Below are positions 7,327 to 16,743 of a stretch of 64,000 nucleotides of DNA, one piece after another. The notes under the pieces are model-generated. The model searched no databases. It saw only the letters and a list, made by a program, of their open reading frames with translations, and was not told the DNA's origin. The DNA is taken from assembly GCF_002087085.1 (NCBI RefSeq), contig NZ_MWQY01000003.1, positions 124,001-188,000 of the forward strand. The letters are read 5' to 3'. The number at the start of each line of letters is the position of its first letter. Position 1 is the stretch's first letter. Made by a program: the position numbers and the translations under genes.

Positions 7327-8001
7327 ATGAGGAAAATTATATTTGTTGTGTTTATATCTTTTACACTTTTGGGCTGCGTAAGAGATCCTATGGATACCGT
7401 TCTTAATAAAGATAATTACACGGAAGTAGTAGAGAATATAAGAAAAAATGCTGACAAGAAGACTTGGGATGCGGTAAATGGTCTAATACAGCTAAATGCT
7501 TTCTCAAACGCTTTCAGCGGGATTTCAACAGAATACGGATCGCTCCCAAAAGAATGGGAAGGTAAGTCTTTTAATGATATCCTAAAAATTATTAAAGAAA
7601 GATTGGATGAAAAAAAGAAGATCAATGAGATTGTTAACAACTCAATAAGAATAAATGGCGTAGAGGTTTGGGGGGATATAAAAAACCCGTACAACTGGTC
7701 TATTGATATATCATTTCACAATATATCAGATATAAGAATATCTAAATTTTATGGAACTTTAACACTAATAGACAACAACGGGAAAGAACATTCAAGCAAA
7801 TCGATCGTATATGAGGCACATGGCGGGGCTCTTAATCCAGGAGAAACGCAAGAAGATACTTATGATTTCGTTGAAACAGGGGATACTGATATTGTCGAGA
7901 TACTTATGACTGGTAAGATCAAACTTACAATAATGCTAACGTGCCATGAATTGATAGACGTTAACGGTAAGTCATACATATACAGCGATATAAATATCTA
8001 A
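7327..8001 (+). CDS. Prophage lipoprotein, candidate superinfection-exclusion factor
   Basis: MRK + hydrophobic stretch + lipobox LLGC; GGAGG RBS; AT-rich; co-oriented downstream of the repressor. Confidence 0.7.
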   Translation: MRKIIFVVFISFTLLGCVRDPMDTVLNKDNYTEVVENIRKNADKKTWDAVNGLIQLNAFSNAFSGISTEYGSLPKEWEGKSFNDILKIIKERLDEKKKINEIVNNSIRINGVEVWGDIKNPYNWSIDISFHNISDIRISKFYGTLTLIDNNGKEHSSKSIVYEAHGGALNPGETQEDTYDFVETGDTDIVEILMTGKIKLTIMLTCHELIDVNGKSYIYSDINI

Positions 8002-8027
8002 TGCAGAGATATCCAGGGCGCTGGGAT

Positions 8028-8059
8028 AAAAAAAGCCCCCGGGTTTCGGGGGCCTTTTT
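8028..8059. terminator. Bidirectional intrinsic terminator
   Basis: A-run, GCCCCCG/CGGGGGC stem, T-run between convergent genes. Confidence 0.85.
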
Positions 8060-8060
8060 G

Positions 8061-8330
8061 TCACTTCTGCTTCCGTGGCCTTCCGCCCTTCTTGCCGTTC
8101 TCGCGGGAGGATGCCGCTTTCTTTTCTGTTTTCGCCGATCCGCCCTTCCTACCTATCTCCTGCGCCTGTGTGCCGTATATCGGGCCGTAATAGTCACGGT
8201 CAATAACGGTGTACACGTTGCCGCCGTGGAGCGCTATCGAGTACTGGCGGCCGTCGTTGTCGATCTTGTCGATAACTTCCGCTTCCCGCTCTATCAGTTT
8301 TCCGCCCTTGGTCTTGATTCTTATTTCCAT
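8061..8330 (-). CDS. Small phage protein with basic GRKGG...NGKKGGRPRK tail (89 aa), likely DNA-binding
   Basis: ATG 8330 after AAGGAG; KGG repeats and an AT-hook-like GRP tail. Confidence 0.7.
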   Translation of the reverse strand: MEIRIKTKGGKLIEREAEVIDKIDNDGRQYSIALHGGNVYTVIDRDYYGPIYGTQAQEIGRKGGSAKTEKKAASSRENGKKGGRPRKQK

Positions 8331-8340
8331 TTTTATCTCC

Positions 8341-8568
8341 TTAAAATGGTTTAATCTCTTCATACAGTTTCACGAGCTCTGCATGCTCGGCTTCATAGGA
8401 TTCCCGCCTGGGGTCGCTATCATTCATCCCGTTAAGCAGGCGTACCAGCTTATCTCTTCTGCTGCTAACCTTGCTCCAAAGAGGCTCCCTTCCGGTCTCA
8501 TCATAGTCATAAGGGTTAAACCCTTCGCCGTTTTCGCAGAAAAGTTCGTTCCATTTCTCTTTGTTCAT
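8341..8568 (-). CDS. Small acidic phage hypothetical protein (75 aa)
   Basis: AAGGGGG RBS; first gene after a near-consensus promoter. Confidence 0.7.
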   Translation of the reverse strand: MNKEKWNELFCENGEGFNPYDYDETGREPLWSKVSSRRDKLVRLLNGMNDSDPRRESYEAEHAELVKLYEEIKPF

Positions 8569-8594
8569 CTCAATCCCCCTTACCTTATATGCAT

Positions 8595-8623
8595 AGTATA
8601 TACCTAACCGCTTAGGTTGTCAA
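8595..8623 (-). promoter_or_regulatory. Strong sigma70 promoter with a palindromic operator in the spacer
   Basis: TTGACA-17 nt-TATACT; the spacer holds ACCTAA-N4-TTAGGT (8602-8617). Confidence 0.85.
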
Positions 8624-8753
8624 GAGAAAAGATAAGTTTTTTCACTTTTTTTTGAAAGTTTTTCCCAGGCAAAGTATCAGATATGACGTCAAAATCCGCT
8701 CACAAACTTTTTCATACATTTTAACGAATTATTTTTACACCATATATAGTGGC

Positions 8754-8783
8754 ATGTCCCCTTATGTCCCCTTATGTACCCAT
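8754..8783 (+). repeat. Three tandem 10-bp direct repeats next to the att core
   Basis: ATGTCCCCTT ATGTCCCCTT ATGTACCCAT. Confidence 0.8.
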
Positions 8784-8801
8784 ATTGGTAGCGTGAAGGT
8801 A

Positions 8802-8823
8802 GGTTCGACTCCCGCCACCTCCA
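8802..8823 (+). other. Prophage att site: displaced 3' fragment of tmRNA (ssrA) or an Ala-type tRNA end
   Basis: GGTTCGACTCCCGCCACCTCCA matches the tmRNA T arm and acceptor 3' strand. The 5' T-stem strand (GTAGG) does not fully pair with CCCGC, and no 5' half of the gene lies upstream. Confidence 0.8.
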
Positions 8824-8824
8824 G

Positions 8825-8851
8825 AAAACCCGCCTTCCGGCGGGTTTTTTT
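8825..8851 (+). terminator. Intrinsic terminator of the original RNA gene
   Basis: AAAACCCGCC-TTCC-GGCGGGTTTTTTT. Confidence 0.9.
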
Positions 8852-9132
8852 ATTCCTGCAGCACCCGGATAATCATGGTACCGGGCACATTCCTGCGTGT
8901 AAGCCGCCAGGCAGTCAGAATTTCTCCTGTAAACAATAACCGTACGCCCCAGCCAAGCGATCTTGCTCCGAAAGCTCCATCACGGGGGAGATCGGTAATC
9001 GGATTTCTATTATCGGTTCCCGTGGATTATTTTGCGGTATATGCATATTCAATATATACTGTACAGGAATCGGTATCCGCAGGAATCAGCGAGGCGGAAT
9101 CGAAGAGAAGGAAATACATATAATGCGGTTAT

Positions 9133-9822
9133 ATGGATAACGAAAAAAGTTCCAGATTTACCAGGCTGAAGGGTTTCCTCCTGGCAGAATTACTGCGATT
9201 ACTGCGCAGAAGCTGGCGGATCTCAATAATCAATAAAGAAGTACTGGACAATCTATACAAGGAGAATACGCCTTTTCTTCTATTTTTCTGGCACGGTAAT
9301 TATGCTCCCGTTTTCCCGATCCTTGAGGGGTATAAAGCCGCGGTTATCAGCAGCAGATCAGAACGCGGCAGTGTAATTGCAGAGGTGTGCCTGAACTTCG
9401 GATATCAAAGCGCGCTGCTCTCGGACAGGCCGAGCCGGGAAGCCTTTGATCAGATGCGGAGGATCTTATCCGACAGCAGGGCTGCGGGAACAGCCGCAGA
9501 CGGTCCGTTGGGCCCCCGGCATCAGGTAAAAGCAGGGCTGATTTATCTGGCTGCCCACCTCAATCTCAGGCTGCTGCCCGTGGCCGTAGCCTGCAGCAGT
9601 AAAATTGTCCTTAAAAAGCGCTGGGATAAACTGGAAATCCCTCTCCCCTGTGCACGAATCGCCCTGGTTTTCGGCGAAGCCTTCGAAATACCCTCAGGCG
9701 GCGGAAAGGAACGGATTCGTCAAACCGCCGCCCATACAGGAGAAACACTCCAGCTGCTGGAAGCACAGGCGGAAGAAATCGTCTCTTCCGGATACCGGAG
9801 GAATCGCAAACCGGCTGGATAG
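9133..9822 (+). CDS. DUF374 / lysophospholipid acyltransferase family protein
   Basis: FFWHG, IS.S..G, ADGP.GP...VK.G, WDK..IPLP motifs. Confidence 0.85.
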   Translation: MDNEKSSRFTRLKGFLLAELLRLLRRSWRISIINKEVLDNLYKENTPFLLFFWHGNYAPVFPILEGYKAAVISSRSERGSVIAEVCLNFGYQSALLSDRPSREAFDQMRRILSDSRAAGTAADGPLGPRHQVKAGLIYLAAHLNLRLLPVAVACSSKIVLKKRWDKLEIPLPCARIALVFGEAFEIPSGGGKERIRQTAAHTGETLQLLEAQAEEIVSSGYRRNRKPAG

Positions 9823-9869
9823 CTTGTAAGGCAAAAGGCAGCAGAGTATGATTGATGTAAAGGATCATT

Positions 9870-10943
9870 ATGATCAAAGGTGAATCAGGAAAAACTCCTG
9901 CAGGCGTATCAAAGAGAATCAGCGGCTATCTGGGATTGACGGCGCTTTTTTTTGCCATATCCCTTGTAACCCTCTATTTTGTACACCGTTTTTTTTCCGG
10001 AGGAACAATCAGGATTCCGGAAGAGTTCTTTTCCCTTCCTGTTTTCGCCGGTCTTTTTGTGCTTCTTGTCCTCTACTTTCTTATGGACGGACTCCGGCTG
10101 TACAGCGTAATTCGTGCCGTCGGATTCCGTATCTCCTTTGCCTATATTCTGCGCCTGGTATTCGTAAATATTTTCATCTCCAACGTTACCCCCCTCGCCA
10201 TCGGGGGTGGATTTATGCAGGTCTTTTTCATGTGCCGGAAAGGAATGCCTGCAGGAGAAGCGACTGCCGCCACCTCCATAAGAACCCTGCTTGCGGCCCT
10301 CGTGCTGTTTATCCTGACACCGATAATAATCTGGTTTGAACCGCAGGAATTCTCCATGTTCTTCCATCCCAACATCCTCTATGCCATTACCGTAATATCC
10401 TGCCTCTACCTTGCGTTCTTCTGGGTCGTTCTGTTCAGAATCCGCTTGATTAAATTCCTGATATTCCATGTCCTTTACGGCCTTCATACAGTGAAAATTC
10501 TTTCGCGGAAACGTTTCAGATCAGCATTTGTCAAAATCTCCCGGGAACTCCGTTCCTTCTCCGGAGGATTCATACGTTTCTTTCAAGGGAGCCCGGGATG
10601 GGCAGCCCTGTCCGTACTTTTTACGGCACTGTTTCTGCTGCTGCTGTTCTCCTTTTCCATTGTTCTAATCCGGATTCTCGGCTATTCGATTCCGGCCTTG
10701 ACCATCCTGGCATTCCAGGTGGTGGTGACTTTTTTCATGTATTTTGCTCCGACCCCCGGTGCTGCCGGTATAGCGGAAGGCGGCTACGGGCTCCTGTTTG
10801 CACAGCTGGTGCGACAAAACGATATAACAATGCTCACCCTTTTATGGCGCTTTCTTACCATCTACATCGGCGTTTTTATCGGGATACTCATAATTTACCT
10901 GGAACTCTACCGTGGAGAAAAAGAAAAGAAGCATGAGACGTAA
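9870..10943 (+). CDS. Lysylphosphatidylglycerol-synthase TM (UPF0104, flippase-like) membrane protein
   Basis: Multiple TM helices; NVTP...GG, PTPGAAG.AE, LWRF.T.Y motifs. Confidence 0.88.
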   Translation: MIKGESGKTPAGVSKRISGYLGLTALFFAISLVTLYFVHRFFSGGTIRIPEEFFSLPVFAGLFVLLVLYFLMDGLRLYSVIRAVGFRISFAYILRLVFVNIFISNVTPLAIGGGFMQVFFMCRKGMPAGEATAATSIRTLLAALVLFILTPIIIWFEPQEFSMFFHPNILYAITVISCLYLAFFWVVLFRIRLIKFLIFHVLYGLHTVKILSRKRFRSAFVKISRELRSFSGGFIRFFQGSPGWAALSVLFTALFLLLLFSFSIVLIRILGYSIPALTILAFQVVVTFFMYFAPTPGAAGIAEGGYGLLFAQLVRQNDITMLTLLWRFLTIYIGVFIGILIIYLELYRGEKEKKHET

Positions 10944-13149
10944 AGTTCGTTTAAAGCTTTGTCTGTTTTTTCTCCTTTCCTTACTTTTTATTTTCATCGC
11001 TTACAGAATTTATCTTTTTATTTATGAAAAGGATTACGAATCCCTCAATGCATACAACATAGAAAAAATTGGAAACGAGATGAGGGGTAAAACATCCCTT
11101 TCCTTTGCCGTTGTCGGAAATATTCGTAATTCCATGAGGATTTTCGAGCAGCGTATCGTTCCCCTCATGAAAGAAACTGAAGTCGATTTCATGATCTCCT
11201 CGGGAAACGCTGTATATGACGGTGCAGAGGGAAAATATCGGCTGCTGTATCGAGGGCTGCGTAAACTCGGGATTCCATACATTCTTGCACCTGGTAAAAA
11301 CGAGGTTGAAGATTTTGGTTCGAAAAATTTTTATCGGCATTTTGGACCCTTCTTTTTCTCTTTTCATATCGATACTGCGTATTTCATCTTTCTCGACGCC
11401 AGCGGCATGACTTCCTGGAAATGGCAGTATAAATGGCTTCAGGATGAACTGGAAAAAGCAGAATCGTTTCAATACAGATTCGTGTTCCTCAGCCGTTCAC
11501 TGCTGCCTTTCCCGGGGGCTGAACAGAAGGGCCAACGTTTCATGCTCGATGAGAATACAAGCTCGATGCTGCAGGGGATATTCTCGAAGCATGACATTAC
11601 CGCCGTCATTTCAAACGGATATCCCTCGTTCAACGAGACAGTAAAAAACGGTGTACGCTATATTGTCTCCGGTGGAGGCGGAGGACTGCTGCTGGAAAAG
11701 GAAGAACAGTACCAGTTTGTAAAAATTGAAATTTCTGAAGATGGAGTCGTAGCCAGAAACATCAGAGCCAGCGGACGAATGCCTTTTTACCTGGAAAACC
11801 TGGAAACAGTAAAACTCTATCTTCACTCTTTTTTATATATGAGTCTTTTCAACATGATTCTGATTATAAGCATTGTCGGGCTGTTCATCCTTGAAATCTA
11901 CTCCCTGATACTTCGGCAGGAACATCTGTACAGGGATTTCAGTATTGGAGAAGCCGAACTCGACATCGCGTCTCTCAAGGTGGCGATGTTCACCAACAAC
12001 TACCTGCCCTTCGTCGGCGGTGTTCCTCTTTCAATTAATCGTCTGTTCCGCGGTCTGCGACGCCTTGGCGTTACGGTGAAAATTTTCGCCCCGGCTTTCA
12101 AGCAGCCATGGCATGATCCGGACAGCGACAGTATCATTCGTTGTCCCGCCATATTTACCCCCCGAAGCTTCAATGTGCCGATAGTCAATATTTTTTCACG
12201 GAAGATCGAAAAGGAGTTCAGGGTCTTCGACTGTGATCTGGTACACATTCACCATCCATACTGGCTTGGAAAAAAGGGATTACGTCTTGCCAGAAAACAG
12301 GGGATCCCGGTTGTCTTCACCTACCATACACGACTTGAACGATACACCCATTATATTCCTCTTCCCGGTACGCCGATTAAAAACCTGGCAGCGCATTTTC
12401 TTATCAAGCATTTTGCCAATAAATGCGATGCCATCATAACTCCCACATCATCCACTGAAGAGTATCTCAGGAATCTCGGAGTCAGTGCTCTGATCGAAAC
12501 CATACCAACGGGCATCATTCTTGAAGACTACAAACGCTGGCTCCCCGGACAGATCCTGAACTTGAGAAAACAGTATGCGGAAAAAAACGAACTCCTTTTA
12601 ATCAGTGTCTCCAGGCTGGCAAAGGAAAAGAATCTGGATTTTCTGATCGATGCCGTATCAAAGGTAAGGAAACTGACCGGCACTCCCTTCAAATGCCTGC
12701 TGGTCGGGGACGGACCAGAGAAAACCCGTCTGACCGAAAAGGTTCGGTCCACAGGAATGCAGAAGATTATCAGGTTCATCGGCAGTCTCACCCCGGAGGA
12801 TGTCATTCGACACTATCTTGCGTCTGATCTTTTTGTTTTCGCCTCAACATCGGAAACCCAGGGAATGGTTCTTGTTGAAGCTATGGCGGGAGGGTGTCCA
12901 GTTGTGGCTGTACGGGCAAGTGGAGTCCATGACGTGGTAGAAGATGGGTACAACGGTTTTAAAACGGCGGAGAGTACCGACAGCTGGGCCAAAACGGTGT
13001 CGAATCTGCTGAATGACCGGGAACTGCTTAAAACCCTTTCCGATAACAGTCGGCGCTATGCAGCAGCCTATGAAGTCGAAAAGATCACGGAGAAAATTAC
13101 CAGGCTTTACCGGCATGTGCTTATTCTCAACAAGTCGCAGAATCTATGA
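10933..13149 (+). CDS. Fusion of a degenerate metallophosphoesterase-like domain and a GT4 glycosyltransferase (diacylglycerol glucosyltransferase-like)
   Basis: Order TM - MPP fold - TM - GT4 (FTNNYLP..GGV, HIHHP, YHT, SRLAKEKN, S.SETQGMV..EAMA.G). Confidence 0.88.
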   Translation: MRRKVRLKLCLFFLLSLLFIFIAYRIYLFIYEKDYESLNAYNIEKIGNEMRGKTSLSFAVVGNIRNSMRIFEQRIVPLMKETEVDFMISSGNAVYDGAEGKYRLLYRGLRKLGIPYILAPGKNEVEDFGSKNFYRHFGPFFFSFHIDTAYFIFLDASGMTSWKWQYKWLQDELEKAESFQYRFVFLSRSLLPFPGAEQKGQRFMLDENTSSMLQGIFSKHDITAVISNGYPSFNETVKNGVRYIVSGGGGGLLLEKEEQYQFVKIEISEDGVVARNIRASGRMPFYLENLETVKLYLHSFLYMSLFNMILIISIVGLFILEIYSLILRQEHLYRDFSIGEAELDIASLKVAMFTNNYLPFVGGVPLSINRLFRGLRRLGVTVKIFAPAFKQPWHDPDSDSIIRCPAIFTPRSFNVPIVNIFSRKIEKEFRVFDCDLVHIHHPYWLGKKGLRLARKQGIPVVFTYHTRLERYTHYIPLPGTPIKNLAAHFLIKHFANKCDAIITPTSSTEEYLRNLGVSALIETIPTGIILEDYKRWLPGQILNLRKQYAEKNELLLISVSRLAKEKNLDFLIDAVSKVRKLTGTPFKCLLVGDGPEKTRLTEKVRSTGMQKIIRFIGSLTPEDVIRHYLASDLFVFASTSETQGMVLVEAMAGGCPVVAVRASGVHDVVEDGYNGFKTAESTDSWAKTVSNLLNDRELLKTLSDNSRRYAAAYEVEKITEKITRLYRHVLILNKSQNL

Positions 13150-13389
13150 ATGCCTGTCAGTGAGCCGACAAAAAACGGCAGGAACCGGCATACAGAGCAT
13201 CCGTCCTTTGAGACTGTATGGGATGAGGTCTGTCTAAGAGCATTGTAAATACAGGCCTGTTTTCTGAAGAGAACTCTTATCCCTCTTTCAAGACCCTGCT
13301 GTTTAACGACGGATCGAAACCATATTTCCATGTTTTCATACACCATAAAAACAATCTGGCTTTTTTCTTTACATAATGATATCCTGATG

Positions 13390-13407
13390 TTGTCTGACCT
13401 CTGACAA
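13390..13407. promoter_or_regulatory. Putative GntR/FadR-type operator upstream of the dehydrogenase
   Basis: TTGTCTGACCTCTGACAA: inverted TTGTC/GACAA with direct TCTGAC repeats. Confidence 0.5.
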
Positions 13408-13459
13408 AAGTCACCAGAGAGGCAGCAGGACTATCCTGCCTGCAGGGGGAGAGAATACG

Positions 13460-14506
13460 ATGAAAGCAGCGGTTAAAAAGAATGAAGAAAAGAAATTCTA
13501 TATCCACGACTTTCCCGATCCCGAACCAGGACCCGATGAGGTTCTGGTCAAGGTAAAAAGCATGGGAATCTGCGGTACCGATGTGGCAATCCGAAACAAC
13601 AGCTTTATCGGGCGGCACGGGAAAGTGCAGATCCCCATAATCCCTGGGCATGAGTTCTGCGGTGAAGTCGTGGAGACCGGTGCCAGGGTACGGAAGCTGT
13701 CCCGGGGAGACAGGGTCGTTACCAGCGCAATCAAGGGATGCGGAAAATGCCGGGCCTGTCTCAAAGGCATGTACAACCGCTGCCAGCACTGGGACCATGT
13801 GGGAATCGACTCCCCCGGGAGTTTCGCTGAATATGTCTGCGTAGCTGAAGATATTCTGTTTCCGGTTCCGGAGTATATTCCCGATATAGAGGCAGCCGTT
13901 CTGGAACCTCTGACCACCGCTGTCCGGGCTTTTCGGGTGAATCCTCTGGAGCCTGGAAGTTTCGTTGCGGTAATCGGCCCCGGCCCCTTCGGGCTCTTTA
14001 TTCTTCAGGCTGCCCGGGCAGCAGGAGCTGAGCGCCTGGCGGTTATCGGACTCAGCCAGGACGAGTCGCGCCTGGAACTGGCCAAAGAGCTCGGCGCCAC
14101 GGATATAATCTATGCTGACCGGAGCGACGCCGTAGAAACGGTTAAAGCCATGACAGCGGGCATGGGAGCAGACCGGACCATAGAAGCAACAGGAAACGTG
14201 GAGGCTGTCACATCCGCAATCAGGATGACCGCTCCGGGGAGCCTTTTTCTGATGGGCGGCAGCGGTTTCAGTGGAAAATCGGTCTGTTTTGAGCCCTGGA
14301 ACGTTGTACGGGACGAAAAGCAGATCAAGGGGCTTCAGGGTTTCGCCATGGAAGACTATCTTGCGGTGCTTGACCTGTACAGGAGCGGAAAAATCGCAAT
14401 CCGCCCCCTCATAAGCGATGTAATGACCCTGGAAAACATTAACCAGGCCTGTGATCTGATGGAGCAGAAGAAGGTACTCAAGATCGTCCTGACTCACGGC
14501 GGCTGA
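13460..14506 (+). CDS. Zn-dependent medium-chain (polyol/threonine-type) dehydrogenase
   Basis: GICGTD, GHE, CGKCRAC...C, GPGPFG. Confidence 0.93.
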   Translation: MKAAVKKNEEKKFYIHDFPDPEPGPDEVLVKVKSMGICGTDVAIRNNSFIGRHGKVQIPIIPGHEFCGEVVETGARVRKLSRGDRVVTSAIKGCGKCRACLKGMYNRCQHWDHVGIDSPGSFAEYVCVAEDILFPVPEYIPDIEAAVLEPLTTAVRAFRVNPLEPGSFVAVIGPGPFGLFILQAARAAGAERLAVIGLSQDESRLELAKELGATDIIYADRSDAVETVKAMTAGMGADRTIEATGNVEAVTSAIRMTAPGSLFLMGGSGFSGKSVCFEPWNVVRDEKQIKGLQGFAMEDYLAVLDLYRSGKIAIRPLISDVMTLENINQACDLMEQKKVLKIVLTHGG

Positions 14507-14513
14507 AACAGGA

Positions 14514-15595
14514 TTATCTGTTCCTGGCAACAACCCTGTTTTTTCCTCCAAGCTTGCCGGTATACATGGCCTCGTCCGCCCTTTTAATACAGTTCTGGAG
14601 AGTCTCGGTATTGTTTAATACCGAGACTCCTATTGTAATCGACAAATACAGGGATTTACCTTCTATTTCATAGGGTGATTCCGTAATACCTTTTAAAACC
14701 TTGTCAGCAGCACGTTCCGCGCCGTTGATATCCGTACCCGGAAGCATGATCAGGAATTTTCCTCCCCACCCCATCTCCCGATTTGATCGGTCAATCGCAG
14801 CGCCGTACTCATACGAAGAACTGTCTCCTTCAACACCTGATCACCAAAGGAGTGGCCATAGCTGTCGTTCACTTTTTTAAAGTCGTCAATGTCGCACATC
14901 AATAACCCGAGACTCGCGTTGGATATGGAATTATGAACTCTTTCATTGGCAAGGACTTCTTCCATTCCCCTTCGATTCAGACAGCCGGTAAGAGGGTCCA
15001 CCTGGCTGAGATGACTGATGTAGGTTTCCGCAGCCCAGGAAGCCCTGGAAAAATAATAGGAGAGCAGGGAGAGCGAGAAAACCACAACGATAATATTGAT
15101 GGTGAAAAAGAGATTCTCCAGGTCAATTGAAAGTACGTATGGGGCGCTGTAGTCAGCGAAAAAAAACCTAAGGGCAGTAAAAGCAATTATTGTACCAAGC
15201 ATGAGCAGCCATTTTCCCAGGTCGCTGGTAAAGGGAAGAAGGAACATACATGGTCCCAGGGTCAGGATAAAGAGATGAAAACCCGGTCCAAGCCCCAGGA
15301 ACAGCGCACTGAGGAATGAATGGACAATGATCTCGGTGGTGCCGAGAAAAAAAGCGCTATAATGATAACCCCGTTTGGTAAGAAAAAGACAGAAAGAAAA
15401 AACTGCCAGACTCAGACCATTAAACATGGCCATTGGATACACTCCGAGACCAAGAAAGAGCATCAATAACAGGAGATGAGCAAGCAGACAGAAGATAAAC
15501 AGGTATTCCGTAACCAGATAAAAGCGGAACAGAGACCGGGAAGGAAATACTTCCGGGGATAAATGTTTAATCATCATTCTCTGGTTCAATCTCAA
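14514..15595 (-). pseudogene. Membrane GGDEF diguanylate cyclase, frameshifted
   Basis: TM region then DPLTG..NRR, DIDDFK.VND.YGH..GD, RWGGEE. Two extra A near 14757-14760 shift FLIMLP...RAD.AMY..K..GKN into another frame. Confidence 0.88.
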
Positions 15596-15645
15596 GTCGC
15601 TCCTCTACGGGTCAATATTGTCCGTTAAGAACCATCCGGTAGTGT

Positions 15646-16743
15646 TCACGACTCCTTTTCAGCATCGATCCCATGCTGAGGGCTTTCCACACCCTGGGAC
15701 CGCAGATACAGTGTCTGGGTGGGATAGGCAAATTCAATGCCTTTTTCTTCGAAAATTTTAAAGAGCTCCATATTTATTCTCTGCTGAACATCCATATAGA
15801 CCAGGTAATCGGGACTCAATACGTAATAGACGGTTTCAAAGGTAAGAGCGAAATCACCGAATCCCTGAAAATGGGACCTGTCGAACTGGGCGCCTTCGAT
15901 ACCCTCGATTATCCCTTTGATAATCTCAGTGATCTGTGCAAGCTGAGCCGCAGTCGTCTGATATACAACCCCGATCCTGAAAACAATTCTTCTGCGTTCC
16001 ATCCTCTTATAGTTATGAAGCCTTGAATTAACCAGGTTCGAATTGGATACGATTAACTGTTCCCCCGAAAGGGTGCGAACCCGGGTTGTTTTTATCCCGA
16101 TCTTTTCAATTACCCCCATTTTGTCGTCAAAGATGACAAAATCCCCCAGCTCAAAGGGACGGTCAAAGAAAATGACAAAATAATTGAACAGATCCCCGAG
16201 AATTCCCTGGGCCGCTATGGCAACGGCAATACCGGAAACCCCCAGCCCTGCAACCAGGGTGGATATATTGAAACCCAGATTATCAAGAAGAAATATGAAG
16301 GCGCTGATCCAGAGGATAAAGGAAACAAAAGACAAGAGGGGTTTGATTCTCTTCTCATCCTCCTCGTGTCCGGTTTTCTGTGCATATTTTCGTAAGGACG
16401 TCTCGAGTAAAAAGACTGTGGCCCGGACTGCGAGAACGGCAATAACAGCCGAGATGAACCCCTGAAAAAATCTGTTCACTGTTTCATTTACGGCAAATCC
16501 TGCAACAGAGAGACGTATTACGACAATGTACAGGAGGGGCACAAGGATCTTTTTAAATCCTGTGCGCACAATCCACCAGCGGTTTCCCTCTGCCCCGGCT
16601 TCACAGCGTCGCTTAAGCCGACGTCCGATAAATATGTGCACTATGGAGACAATGAATAAACCGCAGACAAGAATTATGAGGGCCTGAACATAGACCATAA
16701 GTGGATTACCAAGAAAAGAAAATTCTTTTAACTGATCAAACAT
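15646..16743 (-). CDS. Small-conductance mechanosensitive channel (MscS family)
   Basis: LVAGLGV.GIAVA.AAQ, DRPF..GD, IG.KTTR.RT..GE; start 16743 supported by TATACT 6 nt upstream. Confidence 0.93.
   Translation of the reverse strand: MFDQLKEFSFLGNPLMVYVQALIILVCGLFIVSIVHIFIGRRLKRRCEAGAEGNRWWIVRTGFKKILVPLLYIVVIRLSVAGFAVNETVNRFFQGFISAVIAVLAVRATVFLLETSLRKYAQKTGHEEDEKRIKPLLSFVSFILWISAFIFLLDNLGFNISTLVAGLGVSGIAVAIAAQGILGDLFNYFVIFFDRPFELGDFVIFDDKMGVIEKIGIKTTRVRTLSGEQLIVSNSNLVNSRLHNYKRMERRRIVFRIGVVYQTTAAQLAQITEIIKGIIEGIEGAQFDRSHFQGFGDFALTFETVYYVLSPDYLVYMDVQQRINMELFKIFEEKGIEFAYPTQTLYLRSQGVESPQHGIDAEKES

Larger units (their letters stand above)
1..8823. mobile_element. Prophage, att-proximal end (regulatory and early recombination/methylation modules); continues beyond the left window edge
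   Basis: Dense overlapping phage-type ORFs (RecT, YqaJ, DUF1064, KilAC antirepressor, XRE repressor, MTases) ending at a tmRNA-like 3' fragment at 8802-8823, after which host-type genes resume. Confidence 0.92.

Noticed and set aside
8754..8783. CRISPR array or iterons
   Set aside because: 10-bp units with no spacers and no cas or rep gene; no CRISPR array was seen anywhere in the window.
8750..8823. Complete tRNA or tmRNA gene
   Set aside because: Only the T loop and acceptor 3' strand are present; there is no complementary 5' strand, D arm or anticodon arm upstream.
8001..9132. Integrase or integrase remnant next to att
   Set aside because: No tyrosine (R-H-R-Y) or serine recombinase motifs in the translated frames.
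13277..14551. 424-aa minus-strand ORF
   Set aside because: Antisense to a clear Zn-dehydrogenase.
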